From Actinomycetales bacterium (GTDB taxonomy: Bacteria > Actinomycetota > Actinomycetes > Actinomycetales > CAVURS01): DNA of 20,000 bases. Both the position numbers and the translations under genes were made by a program. This document shows positions 1-8,506 of this stretch, piece by piece (position 1 is the stretch's first letter; the number at the start of each line of letters is the position of its first letter). The DNA lies in the NCBI GenBank assembly GCA_045807245.1, contig JBJMHS010000078.1:122450-142449 (forward strand), written 5' to 3'. Under the pieces are notes generated by a model. It was not told where the DNA came from. It did no database searches and saw only the letters and a program-made list of their open reading frames with translations.

Positions 1-132
1 CTCGTCGAGCTCGTCCTCCTCCGCGAACGTGCTCACGAAGGCGGCGGGAGACTCACGCAACGCGGCCAGCCGGATCCGACGGTACGTCGGCCAGTCCTCC
101 TCGCCCAGGACCCGCACGGTCACGTCGCTCAT
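1..132 (-). CDS. GNAT family N-acetyltransferase, N-terminal part (runs off the window edge)
   Basis: Manual translation from ATG at 132 gives MSDVTVRVLGEEDWPTYRRIRLAALRESPAAFVSTFAEEDELDE. The 'DW..YR.IRL.AL.ESP.AF.ST' pattern is typical of actinobacterial GNAT N-termini. Not in the supplied ORF track. Confidence 0.8.
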   Translation of the reverse strand, partial: MSDVTVRVLGEEDWPTYRRIRLAALRESPAAFVSTFAEEDELDE

Positions 133-157
133 GGGCTCAGCCTTCCAGACCGGGCGG

Positions 158-191
158 ACACCGGACCCCGCAGGGGATGTGCGTCCGGTGT
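158..191 (-). terminator. Putative hairpin/terminator downstream of proC
   Basis: Perfect 9-bp inverted repeat ACACCGGAC (158-166) / GTCCGGTGT (183-191), with extra CCCC/GGGG pairing possible inside. It lies 25 nt past the proC stop and has no U-tract. Confidence 0.4.
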
Positions 192-216
192 GAAGATCCT
201 GATGGCGCCGGTCGGG

Positions 217-1023
217 TCAGGTCTGGCCCGAGGCGAGCTCACGGCTGCGGTCCCGCGCTGCCTCCATCGCGGTGAGGAAAGCCGCTCGCACCTTGTGGTC
301 GTCGAGCTGGCGCAGCGCCGCCATCGTCGTACCGGCTGGGCTCGAAACCTGTTCGCGCAGAACGGTCGGGTGCTCGCCGGTCTCGCGCAGCATCGTGGCC
401 GCGCCGTACAGCGTCTGTACGACCAGCTCGGTCGACGTCGCCCGCGGGAGACCGAGCAGGACCCCGGCCTCGATCATCGCCTCGACGACGTAGAAGATGT
501 ACGCCGGTCCGCTGCCCGAGATCGCTGTGACCGCGTCCTGGTAGTTCTCCGGGACGCGGACCACCTTGCCGCAGGAGCGGAGCAGGTCGTCCGCCTCGGT
601 GAGGTGCGCGTCGTCGCAGTGGGAGCCGGCGCTGATCGCGGCCATGCCCTCGTCGACGAGCGCGGGCGTGTTCGGCATGACCCGGACGACGGGTGTGCCG
701 GTAGGCAGCCGGGACTGCAGGAAGTCGGTGGTGATGCCCGCGGCCAGCGACACGACCAGCGTGCCCGGCCGCAGATGCTCGGCGACCTCCTCCAGCACGG
801 CCGCCATGTCCTGCGGCTTCACGACCAGGACCAGGGTGTCGGCCTGAGCCGCCGCCTCGTGGTTCTGCACCACCCTGACGTCGTACTTGCCGGACAGCTC
901 GGCGGCGCGGTCGGTGCGCCGTTCGGCGACGAGCAGCTCGCCGGCCGGCCGGCCCGAGCGGAGCAGCCCGGACAGCAGCGTCTCCCCCATCACGCCGGCG
1001 CCGATGATCGCGACCGTGCCCAT
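217..1023 (-). CDS. proC: Pyrroline-5-carboxylate reductase
   Basis: Motifs VAIIGAGVMG (Rossmann), VVKPQD, VSLAAG, RVMPNTP, TAISGSGPAY and VSSPAGTT. Start moved to ATG at 1023, which has GAAGGG upstream and sits 2 nt after the PRODH stop. Confidence 0.97.
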   Translation of the reverse strand: MGTVAIIGAGVMGETLLSGLLRSGRPAGELLVAERRTDRAAELSGKYDVRVVQNHEAAAQADTLVLVVKPQDMAAVLEEVAEHLRPGTLVVSLAAGITTDFLQSRLPTGTPVVRVMPNTPALVDEGMAAISAGSHCDDAHLTEADDLLRSCGKVVRVPENYQDAVTAISGSGPAYIFYVVEAMIEAGVLLGLPRATSTELVVQTLYGAATMLRETGEHPTVLREQVSSPAGTTMAALRQLDDHKVRAAFLTAMEAARDRSRELASGQT

Positions 1024-1025
1024 GG

Positions 1026-1961
1026 CTATCCCTTCGTGACCAGCGAGCGGAGGAAGAATGCCGTGTTCGCCGGCCGTTCGGCCATCCGCCGCATCAGGTA
1101 GCCGTACCACTGGTCGCCGTACGGCACGTAGACCCGCATCTTCTCCCCCCGGGCAGCCAGGCGTCGCTGCTCGTCGGGCCGGATGCCGTACAGCATCTGG
1201 AACTCGTAGCTGCCCTGCGCGCGCTTCGTCCGCGTCACCAAGGCCGCCGCGATGTCGATGAGCGTGGGGTGGTGGGTCGCGACCATGGGATACCCGGAGC
1301 CCTCCATCAGGACCTTCAGGCAGCGCACGTACGACGCGTCCACTTCCCGGTTCGACTGGTAGGCAACGGATTCCGGCTCATCGTAGGCCCCCTTGCACAA
1401 CCGGACGCGCGACCCCTCGGCCGCCAGGTCGCGGCAGTCCGCCTCGGTCCGCCGGAGGTAGGCCTGGACGACTGCACCGACCCACGGGAAGTCGGCGCGC
1501 AGGTCATGCAGGATCGACAGAGTCGAGTCCGTCGTCGTGTGGTCCTCCATGTCCAGGGTGACCGTGGTGCCGGCCTGGACCGCCGCCGCACAGATCTCCC
1601 GAGCGTGGTCGAGGGCGACCCGCTCGCCGTCGCCGGGGAGCGCCTGGCCGACCGCGGAGAGCTTCACCGAGACCTCGGCCTTGCCCTCCTCGGTGAGCCC
1701 CGCGGCCTGGAGCTGGCTCAGCAGCGACAGGTACGCGTCGCGCGTCGCCTGCGCCTGACGCAGGTCCAGCGTGTCCTCGCCGAGGTGGTCGAGCGTGACC
1801 AACCGCCCGCTTCCCACGAGCTCTCCGGCGGCGCGGACGCCGTCCTCGGTCGCTGCACCGGCGACATACCGGGCGACCACGCTACGGCTGACCGGTGCGG
1901 TCTCGACCAGGTGACGCACGCGCTCGCTCTTGGACATCTGGAGCAGGGCCTGGCGCAGCAC
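1026..1961 (-). CDS. Monofunctional proline dehydrogenase (PRODH/PutB-like)
   Basis: Motifs TLDHLGE, SVKLS, TLDMED, QAYLRR, RVRLCKGAY, EFQMLYGIR and RVYVPYG..WYGYLMRRMAERP. Confidence 0.95.
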   Translation of the reverse strand: MLRQALLQMSKSERVRHLVETAPVSRSVVARYVAGAATEDGVRAAGELVGSGRLVTLDHLGEDTLDLRQAQATRDAYLSLLSQLQAAGLTEEGKAEVSVKLSAVGQALPGDGERVALDHAREICAAAVQAGTTVTLDMEDHTTTDSTLSILHDLRADFPWVGAVVQAYLRRTEADCRDLAAEGSRVRLCKGAYDEPESVAYQSNREVDASYVRCLKVLMEGSGYPMVATHHPTLIDIAAALVTRTKRAQGSYEFQMLYGIRPDEQRRLAARGEKMRVYVPYGDQWYGYLMRRMAERPANTAFFLRSLVTKG

Positions 1962-1967
1962 CGGGCC

Positions 1968-1973
1968 AGGCTA
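1968..1973 (-). promoter_or_regulatory. -10 element TAGCCT, probable leaderless promoter of PRODH-proC
   Basis: TANNNT hexamer 6 nt upstream of the GTG start at 1961, with no Shine-Dalgarno sequence. Confidence 0.6.
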
Positions 1974-2022
1974 TTGCCCGGCCCGGTGCTGTCGCTTCAT
2001 GCCGTACTGACCCGGTGCCGGG

Positions 2023-3333
2023 TCAGTACGGCATGAAGCAGATCCCGCCGAAGCCGGACTTGCCGCCGCAGGTGTTGGCGTTCTTGTCGTTGTCGCTGCC
2101 GATCCAGACGCCGGCGTCGGTGATCACGATGTCGTCCGCACCCTTGCCGCGTGCGCGGCCCGGGTTCCAGATGACGCCACCGTCCGACGTCGACAGGCCC
2201 GCCATGCCCGGCGCGACGACCGCCCCGGGACCCTTGCTGTCACAGGCACCTGGGTTGCTGGCCCACCGCTCGTGCCCGCCGACATACACGGTGCTGGCGT
2301 CGGCCGCCACGGCGTACAACGAGTCGCAGCCGGTGTAGTTGATCCAGCTGTGACTGACGTTGCCCCCCGTCGCCGGGAAGGCAGCGGCGGCGTCGCACAG
2401 ACCGTCGCGCGGAGCCGTCGTCGAGAGCGTGATCGGCTTGTAGCCGGTCGTCGCGACGAAGACCTGCTGGTCGTTGACCGACCAGGCGGCGTCCTGCACG
2501 TAGAACGGCACGATGTAGTCGCACTGGACGTAGAACTCGGTCGAGTTCCACGGGTTGAGCGTCGCGGACGTGGCTCCCAGGTCCAGCATGAAGATCTGCT
2601 GGCGCGACTGGCCGGCCACGTTCGTGAAGTCACCCTCGACGAGCAGCTTGTTGCCGGAGTGGCTCAGCTGCTGGTTGTAGACGCGGGTCGGGTTGCTTTT
2701 GACACCCGTATAGACGTAGTTGCCCGAGATCCCGAGGTTGAGATACCCGTCGTCGTTGCCGGTCGTCGGGTTCAGGCTCGCGTAGTACGGGTGGGTGTTG
2801 TTGTTGACCTTCTTGAAGAGTCCGCCCACGAACACGTGGCCGTCGACGCCCAGCACCGTCTGCACCTCGCCGGTGGCGGCATGCTTGAACGTCGCGTCGA
2901 CCGCACCGGTGGTGGTGCTGATCTTGGCCAGGTTCTGGGCGGCGGTCCCGTTGACCGTCGTGAACTTCCCCCCGATGTACGCCGAGGAGCAGTCGCCGTT
3001 GAGGAAGCCGATCGAGTTCACGGTGCCGTCGATGCTCGGCGCCCACGAGGTCAGCGTGAACGGCGCCGTGGCACTGAAGCTGAATGCTCCTGTCCGGGAG
3101 TAGGTCGCGCCGCCCTGGGTGATGGTGGTGATCGTGCCCACGGCGAACATCGTGGAACCGCACGGCACGAGCTGTCGGATGTACTGGTTGGTGTCAGTGC
3201 TGCTCAGCGCGGGCGTACCGGCCGCGGGAACACTCCCCGCGGGACCGGCCGGAGCCGCCGTACTGGTGGCCGCCACCCCCAAGGTGGCGAGCGCCAGTGC
3301 GAGCGCAGGCAGCAGTCGTCGACGAAACTTCAT
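2023..3333 (-). CDS. Secreted beta-propeller-like protein of unknown function
   Basis: Start ATG at 3333 with a GGGGG RBS-like run upstream and signal peptide MKFRRRLLPALALALATLGVAATSTA. Blade-like repeats FAVGTITT, YIGGKFTTVNG, FVGGLFKKVN, LVEGDFTNVAG, VYVGGH and VWIGSD. Contains 8 Cys and is Thr/Asn/Gly rich. Confidence 0.75.
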   Translation of the reverse strand: MKFRRRLLPALALALATLGVAATSTAAPAGPAGSVPAAGTPALSSTDTNQYIRQLVPCGSTMFAVGTITTITQGGATYSRTGAFSFSATAPFTLTSWAPSIDGTVNSIGFLNGDCSSAYIGGKFTTVNGTAAQNLAKISTTTGAVDATFKHAATGEVQTVLGVDGHVFVGGLFKKVNNNTHPYYASLNPTTGNDDGYLNLGISGNYVYTGVKSNPTRVYNQQLSHSGNKLLVEGDFTNVAGQSRQQIFMLDLGATSATLNPWNSTEFYVQCDYIVPFYVQDAAWSVNDQQVFVATTGYKPITLSTTAPRDGLCDAAAAFPATGGNVSHSWINYTGCDSLYAVAADASTVYVGGHERWASNPGACDSKGPGAVVAPGMAGLSTSDGGVIWNPGRARGKGADDIVITDAGVWIGSDNDKNANTCGGKSGFGGICFMPY

Positions 3334-3400
3334 TCTTTGTGATCCCCCTGATCCCCTGATCATGTAACCGGCGCACGACCCTGTCCGTGCGCCGGGGGCC

Positions 3401-3406
3401 ATCGTA
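3401..3406 (-). promoter_or_regulatory. -10 element TACGAT for the secreted protein gene
   Basis: TACGAT on the minus strand about 68 nt upstream of the ATG at 3333, in an intergenic position. Confidence 0.45.
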
Positions 3407-3448
3407 GGGGCCGAAACGCGATCACGACGTCCGATCGGTGAATGCTGC

Positions 3449-3476
3449 GCAGGGTGACGGTGGTGTCACCGCCTGC
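3449..3476 (-). terminator. Putative hairpin downstream of the ABC permease
   Basis: GCAGGGTGAC / GTCACCGCCTGC imperfect stem, 12 nt after the permease stop. Confidence 0.35.
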
Positions 3477-3488
3477 CCGGTCGTTGGG

Positions 3489-4223
3489 TCATCCGGTGCG
3501 CCGGCGCAGCGTCGCCGAGCCGAGTGCGACGGCACCCACGACGTAGAGCGCGACGATGCCGACGTCCCGCATCGCATCGCCGGTCGCAGCCGTCTGGGTG
3601 GTGACCGTGGTCATGGCGTCAACGGCGTACGACAAGGGCAGGACGTCCGACACTGCATGGAGCACCGCGGGCATGTCAGCGCGCGGCGTGAGCAGCCCGC
3701 ACAGCAGGAACTGGGGCAGGACCAGCGCGGGCAGGAACTGCACGGCCTGGAACTCCGTCGCCGCGAAGGCACTGACGAACAGGCCGAGCGCCGTGCCCAG
3801 CAGGGCATCGACGACAGCGACCAGAACGAGCAGGGTGGTGCTGCCAGCGACCTCCAGACCACACACCCAGATCGCGAAAGCCGTTGCCACACAGGCTTGT
3901 ACGACGGCGAGTACCCCGAAGGCCAAGGCGTAACCGCCCACCACGTCACCCTTGCCGATCGGGGTCGTGAGGAGACGTTCGAGCGTCCCCGAGGTCCGCT
4001 CCCGCAGCGTGGTGACGCTGGTGACGAGGAACATCACGACGAACGGGAAGATGCCCAGCAACGGTGCGCCGAGCCGGTCGAAGACGCCCGTGCCCTGGTA
4101 GACCCAGGCCAGCAGTCCCATCAGGACACAGGGCACGACCAGCAGCAACGCGACGGTACGACGGTCGCCGCGCACCTGGTGCAGGACACGGCCCGCCGTG
4201 GCGAGGGTCAGGCGCGGCTTCAT
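3489..4223 (-). CDS. ABC-2 type transporter permease (Rv1686c-like)
   Basis: Motifs RVLHQVRGDRRTVALLLVVP, LRERTSGTLERLLTTP, AFAATEFQAVQF.P and LPLSYAVDAM, with multiple TM segments. The ATG at 4223 overlaps the stop of the ATPase gene (ATGA). Confidence 0.93.
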   Translation of the reverse strand: MKPRLTLATAGRVLHQVRGDRRTVALLLVVPCVLMGLLAWVYQGTGVFDRLGAPLLGIFPFVVMFLVTSVTTLRERTSGTLERLLTTPIGKGDVVGGYALAFGVLAVVQACVATAFAIWVCGLEVAGSTTLLVLVAVVDALLGTALGLFVSAFAATEFQAVQFLPALVLPQFLLCGLLTPRADMPAVLHAVSDVLPLSYAVDAMTTVTTQTAATGDAMRDVGIVALYVVGAVALGSATLRRRTG

Positions 4224-4990
4224 GCGACCGCACCCGCCCGGCCGTGCTCGTCGTGAGGCAGCGACTCGATGAGCGTGAGGAACGCGCTCTCGGCATCGGC
4301 GGCACCGGTGCGTTCGAGCAGGGACGCCGGTGTCTCGTCGGCGAGCAGGCGTCCCTCGCGCAGCAACATGAGCCGGTCGCACCGCGTCGCCTCGTCCATG
4401 ACATGGCTGGAGACGAACAGCGTCACCCCGTCGGCCGCGAGCCGGGCGAACAGCTGCCACAGGTCCCGGCGCAGGACCGGGTCGAGCCCGACGGTCGGCT
4501 CGTCGAGGACCAGCAGCTCCGGCCGGCCCACCAACGCGGCGGCCAGGCTCACCCGCGAGCGCTGCCCCCCGGACAAGTTCGCGACGTTCGCCTCCAGGTG
4601 GTCAACCAGGTCGACGGCCTCGGTCACTCGGCGTACGTCCTGCTCCAGCCGGTGGCCCTTCAGGCCTTGGAGCCGGGCGAAGTACCGGACGTTGGCGCGG
4701 ACGCTCAGATCGGCGTACACGCTCGGCGCCTGGGTCATGTACGCGACGCTCCCGCGCAGGCTGCGGTCGCCGGCGGGCTGGCCCAGGACGGTGACCGAAC
4801 CGCCCGAGGTGCGCTGGACGCCGACGATGCAGCGCATCAGCGTCGTCTTGCCTCCGCCGCTCGGACCGAGCAGGCCCACGACCTGGCCGCGCGGGACGGA
4901 CAGGTCGAGACCGGGCAGGACCTCGCGGCCGCCGCGCAGGACGCGCAGCCCCTGGACCAGGACGGCCGGGTCGGACGATGAATTCACCAT
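4220..4990 (-). CDS. ABC transporter ATP-binding protein (multidrug/CcmA-type, Rv1687c-like)
   Basis: Walker A GPSGGGKT, signature LSGGQ, Walker B LLVLDEPTVGLD and H-loop SSH. Confidence 0.95.
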   Translation of the reverse strand: MVNSSSDPAVLVQGLRVLRGGREVLPGLDLSVPRGQVVGLLGPSGGGKTTLMRCIVGVQRTSGGSVTVLGQPAGDRSLRGSVAYMTQAPSVYADLSVRANVRYFARLQGLKGHRLEQDVRRVTEAVDLVDHLEANVANLSGGQRSRVSLAAALVGRPELLVLDEPTVGLDPVLRRDLWQLFARLAADGVTLFVSSHVMDEATRCDRLMLLREGRLLADETPASLLERTGAADAESAFLTLIESLPHDEHGRAGAVA

Positions 4991-5000
4991 ACGATGAATT
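4981..5000. promoter_or_regulatory. Palindromic operator AATTCA-N8-TGAATT (probable TetR site)
   Basis: AATTCACCATACGATGAATT is an AT-rich inverted repeat covering the start codon and the -10 element. The half-site ACGATGAATT is repeated at 4975-4984 and 4991-5000. Confidence 0.75.
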
Positions 5001-5026
5001 TAGGCCCGGACTCAACCCACTGTCAA
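4997..5026 (-). promoter_or_regulatory. Housekeeping-sigma promoter TTGACA-N18-TAAATT, leaderless, for the ABC operon
   Basis: Perfect -35 TTGACA (5026-5021) and -10 TAAATT (5002-4997), followed 6 nt later by the ATG at 4990. Confidence 0.75.
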
Positions 5027-5132
5027 CCGTGCTCCTCCCCCCGCGCGGTGCGCCGCAGCGCCCGGTGGCGGGCGCCGGATTCGCGGCTCTGGACCGGGCT
5101 GCGGGGAGCACCGCGCGGTGGGGGGAGCACGG
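5027..5132. repeat. Palindromic REP/REPIN-like element, copy 1
   Basis: About 40-bp imperfect inverted arms (5027-5066 / 5093-5132) around a 26-nt loop. The right arm is 34/39 identical to 19005-19043. Confidence 0.75.
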
Positions 5133-5159
5133 GGGTACGGCGGGCGGTACGGCGGGGGG

Positions 5160-5774
5160 TCAGCCGGCGAGGTACCGCTGGAGCGTGGGGCCGAGCCAGG
5201 CGACCAGCTCGTCCACCGGCGTCGAGGCGACCGGCTCGAGCTGGACGACGTAGCGCAGGAACGCCAGGCCGATCATCTGTCCGGCCGCAAGCCCGGCCCG
5301 CAGGTCACCGTCCGGGGTGCCCAGCTCGGCGACGACCCGGCCGAAGATCTCGCGGCTCAAGAACTCGCGCAGCATCCGGGCCGCGTCCTCGTGCGCCGAC
5401 GCCGACCGGAGCAGCGCCCGGATCCGGTCCCGTCCGGCCGGGCTGTCCCAGACGACGAAGAAGAACCGCGCCATCCGCTCACCGATGCCGTCGGCCCCAC
5501 CCTCGAGCACGCTGGCCACGATGTCCCGCGGGTTGGCCGGCAGCTCGAGGGCCGCGACGAACAGCTCGGACTTGCCCTCGAAGTAGTGGTGCACCAACGC
5601 CGCGTCCACCCCCGCCGCGCGGGCGATACCACGCAGCGATGCCGCGTCGTACCCCACGGCGGCGAACTGGTCGCGGGCTGCGTCGACGATGAGCCGGCGC
5701 GTGTCCTCGCCCCCGGGCCGGCGGCCCCGCGGCCGGGCCGACCTCCTCCGGGCGAGCTCATCGGGGGCGCTCAT
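5160..5774 (-). CDS. TetR family transcriptional regulator (Rv1685c-like)
   Basis: [50 protein letters not shown], with C-terminal GLAFLRYV and LGPTLQRYL. The ATG at 5774 overlaps the upstream stop (ATGA). Confidence 0.95.
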   Translation of the reverse strand: MSAPDELARRRSARPRGRRPGGEDTRRLIVDAARDQFAAVGYDAASLRGIARAAGVDAALVHHYFEGKSELFVAALELPANPRDIVASVLEGGADGIGERMARFFFVVWDSPAGRDRIRALLRSASAHEDAARMLREFLSREIFGRVVAELGTPDGDLRAGLAAGQMIGLAFLRYVVQLEPVASTPVDELVAWLGPTLQRYLAG

Positions 5775-6610
5775 CGGGCCGCCGCCACCAAGTTCAGCCG
5801 GGCGAACGCCAGGGCCTCGGCCAGGTCGGCCTCGCGTTCGGCGAGGTCGGCGGCCCGCCGGGTCGACACCTCGACGACGACGTTGCCGGCCCAGCCCTGT
5901 GCGGTCAGGCGTTCCAGCAGCTCGGCGCAGGGCTGGCTGCCGCGTCCAGGCACCAGGTGCTCGTCCTTGGCGCTCCCGGACCCGTCGGCCAGGTGCAGAT
6001 GCACCAGCCGTTCGCCGAGCGCGTCGGCCATGGCGATCGGGTCGACGCCCGCGGTCGCCGTGTGCGAGGTGTCGAGCGTGACGTGTTCGTAGGGCTGCCC
6101 CACCGGGTCCCAGTGCGGCAGGTAGGCCATCAGCTCGCGACCGCGCGCGCGCCAGGGATACATGTTCTCGACCGCCACCCGCACGCCGTACTCGGACGCG
6201 AGCTCGGCCACCCCGATGGCGAACCCACGGGCGTACTCGCGCTGCCAGCGGAACGGCGGGTGGACGACGACCGTCCCCGCGCCCGCGGCTGCGGCCACCT
6301 CGCACGCGGTCCGCAGCTTGGGCCAGGGGTCGGTGCCCCAGACCCGCTGCGTGACCAGCAGGGTCGGCGCGTGCAGCGACACGATGGGCAGGCCGTGATG
6401 CTCGGAGAGCCGCCGCAGCGCCTGCGGGTCCTGGCTGACCGGGTCGGTCCACACCATCACCTCGACCCCGTCGTACCCGAGCCGGGCCGCGATCTCGAAG
6501 GTCGCCGCACAGCTGAGCGGGTACCCCGACGCCGTGGACAGCGAGACCGGCGCTCCGGTCACGCGTACGACGTCGGCCACGCCCTCCGGCGAGACCTCGA
6601 ACTCGGCCAC
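5771..6610 (-). CDS. Sugar phosphate isomerase/epimerase family TIM-barrel protein (Rv0498-like)
   Basis: Motifs [56 protein letters not shown] and VVEV. Start placed at GTG 6610, 7 nt below a TAGGGT -10 that overlaps the ppx stop. Confidence 0.9.
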   Translation of the reverse strand: MAEFEVSPEGVADVVRVTGAPVSLSTASGYPLSCAATFEIAARLGYDGVEVMVWTDPVSQDPQALRRLSEHHGLPIVSLHAPTLLVTQRVWGTDPWPKLRTACEVAAAAGAGTVVVHPPFRWQREYARGFAIGVAELASEYGVRVAVENMYPWRARGRELMAYLPHWDPVGQPYEHVTLDTSHTATAGVDPIAMADALGERLVHLHLADGSGSAKDEHLVPGRGSQPCAELLERLTAQGWAGNVVVEVSTRRAADLAEREADLAEALAFARLNLVAAAR

Positions 6611-6620
6611 GCCACCCACC

Positions 6621-7565
6621 CTAGGAGCGGACGGTCCGGTCGTCGTCCAAGGTGTCCAGGCGGCGCAGGATCACGCCCTCGCGGAGGGCCCACGGGCAGA
6701 TCTCGAGGTGGTCCAGCCCGATCAGGTCCATCGCCGCGTCGGCCACCAAGGCACCGGCGAGCAGCTGCGCCGCCCGGTCCGGTGACACCCCCGGAAGCGC
6801 GTGCCGCTGGGCCACCGTCATCCCGGCCAGCCGGTCGACCAGACCGGCCACGTCGGCGGCCCGCAGCTCACGGGGCGCGTACTGCCCCTCCGACGAGGGC
6901 GCCGCCCCGGCGATCCGGGCCAAGGACCGCAGGGTCTTGGACGTCCCCACCATCCGGTCCGGGCTGCCGGTCTTGACCACCGCGCGCAGCTCGGCGCCGA
7001 TCTCGATCCGCACGTGCCGGCGCAGCGCTCGAACGGCGTCCGGCGCCGGCGGGTCTCCGGTCAGGAACTCCCGGGTCAGCCGGCCGGCCCCCAGAGGCAG
7101 GCTGACCGCCGCGTCCGGCACCTCGTCCAGGCCCGCGGCGATCTCGAGTGAACCGCCCCCGATGTCGACGACCAACAGGTGCCCGCTGGACCAGCCGAAC
7201 CAGCGCCGTACGGCGAGGAACGTCAGTCGCGCCTCGTCCCGGCCGGACAGCACCTGCAGGGGTGCACCGGTCGCCTTGCGGATGTCGGCGAGCACGTCCT
7301 CACCGTTGTCGGCCTCGCGAATAGCACTGGTAGCAAAGGCGATCACATCCTGGACGCCCTGGTCCTCTGCGACCCGCAGGGCGTCCTGGACGATCGTGCC
7401 GAGCGCGGTGGCGCCGGCCTCGGCGATGCGGCCACCGTCGAGGAACTCGGCCAGCCGCAGTGACACCTTGTGCGAGTACGCCGGCAGGGGGTGCGCTCCG
7501 GGGTGGGCGTCGACCACCAACAGGTGCACGGTGTTGGAGCCGATGTCCAGCACGCCGAGCCGCAT
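6621..7565 (-). CDS. ppx: Ppx/GppA family exopolyphosphatase
   Basis: Motifs [39 protein letters not shown] and WALREG. Confidence 0.95.
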   Translation of the reverse strand: MRLGVLDIGSNTVHLLVVDAHPGAHPLPAYSHKVSLRLAEFLDGGRIAEAGATALGTIVQDALRVAEDQGVQDVIAFATSAIREADNGEDVLADIRKATGAPLQVLSGRDEARLTFLAVRRWFGWSSGHLLVVDIGGGSLEIAAGLDEVPDAAVSLPLGAGRLTREFLTGDPPAPDAVRALRRHVRIEIGAELRAVVKTGSPDRMVGTSKTLRSLARIAGAAPSSEGQYAPRELRAADVAGLVDRLAGMTVAQRHALPGVSPDRAAQLLAGALVADAAMDLIGLDHLEICPWALREGVILRRLDTLDDDRTVRS

Positions 7566-7603
7566 AGCGCGAACGCTAGCGAAGCGGCCCGTACTCTGGG
7601 GCC
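7566..7603. promoter_or_regulatory. Bidirectional leaderless promoter
   Basis: Minus strand: TAGCGT (7578-7573), 7 nt, then ATG 7565. Plus strand: TACTCT (7592-7597), 6 nt, then GTG 7604. Confidence 0.7.
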
Positions 7604-8506
7604 GTGGCCGAAGTCCCGCTTGACATCCCGCGCACCTGGATCGAGTTCGCCGACCCGGCGCGACCGGAGCCGGCGACGTACGACGACGCCGTGGCGCTGG
7701 CGGAGGACGAGGAAGCGGAGGACCCGCAACGGTTCCGCTGCGACCTGACCTGGCTGACCTCGAACTGGACCTGTATCTACGGTGCCGGCTGCCAGGGCAT
7801 CTACGCCGAGCGGCCGAACGACGGCTGCTGCACCCTCGGCGCGCATTTCACCGACGAGGAGGACGTGGCCCGGGTCCGGACTGCGGTCAAACGGCTCACC
7901 AGCGAGACCTGGCAGCACCGCGAGGCGGGCCGCAAACGCGACGGCGGCTGGACCGAGCTCGAGGACGGCGAGCTCAAGACGCGCGTCGTGGACGGCGCGT
8001 GCATCTTCCTCAACCGCCCCGGGTTCGCCGCCGGTGACGGCTGCGCGCTGCACCAGGAGGCGCTGCGGTCCGGGCTGGCCCCCCACTCGGTCAAGCCCGA
8101 CGTCTGCTGGCAGCTGCCGATCCGCCGCTCATACCGCCGAGTCAAGCGGCAGGACGGCACCCAGTACCTGGAGACCACGATCGCCGAGTACGACCGGACC
8201 GGTTGGGGGCCGGGCGGCCACGACCTCGACTGGTACTGCAGCGGCAACCCCGAGGCGCACGTTGGTCGCGAGCCCGTGTTCCGCTCGAACGAGGCCGAGC
8301 TGCGCGAGCTGATGGGCGGACCGGCGTACGACGAGCTGGCCAAGCACTGCCTGGCTCACCTGGCGACCGTGAAGGCCGCGCGGAGTAACGGCGGCCGGCG
8401 GCTCCTCCCCCTCCTCGTCCACCCCGCCACGCTGGCCGCCGAGGCCCACGCGGAGACGTCGGGCACAGCGCGAACTGCCCAACGGGGCAAGCGTTCTCGC
8501 GCCTGA
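7604..8506 (+). CDS. Conserved actinobacterial Cys-rich hypothetical protein (Rv0495c-like; probable metal/Fe-S binding)
   Basis: Motifs [54 protein letters not shown] and [12 protein letters not shown]. Divergent from ppx, as with Rv0495c/Rv0496. Confidence 0.85.
   Translation: MAEVPLDIPRTWIEFADPARPEPATYDDAVALAEDEEAEDPQRFRCDLTWLTSNWTCIYGAGCQGIYAERPNDGCCTLGAHFTDEEDVARVRTAVKRLTSETWQHREAGRKRDGGWTELEDGELKTRVVDGACIFLNRPGFAAGDGCALHQEALRSGLAPHSVKPDVCWQLPIRRSYRRVKRQDGTQYLETTIAEYDRTGWGPGGHDLDWYCSGNPEAHVGREPVFRSNEAELRELMGGPAYDELAKHCLAHLATVKAARSNGGRRLLPLLVHPATLAAEAHAETSGTARTAQRGKRSRA

Noticed and set aside
5775..6452. N-terminal extension making TetR a 430-aa fusion
   Set aside because: The extension overlaps the isomerase gene in another frame. 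The ATGA-coupled start at 5774 gives a normal-sized TetR.
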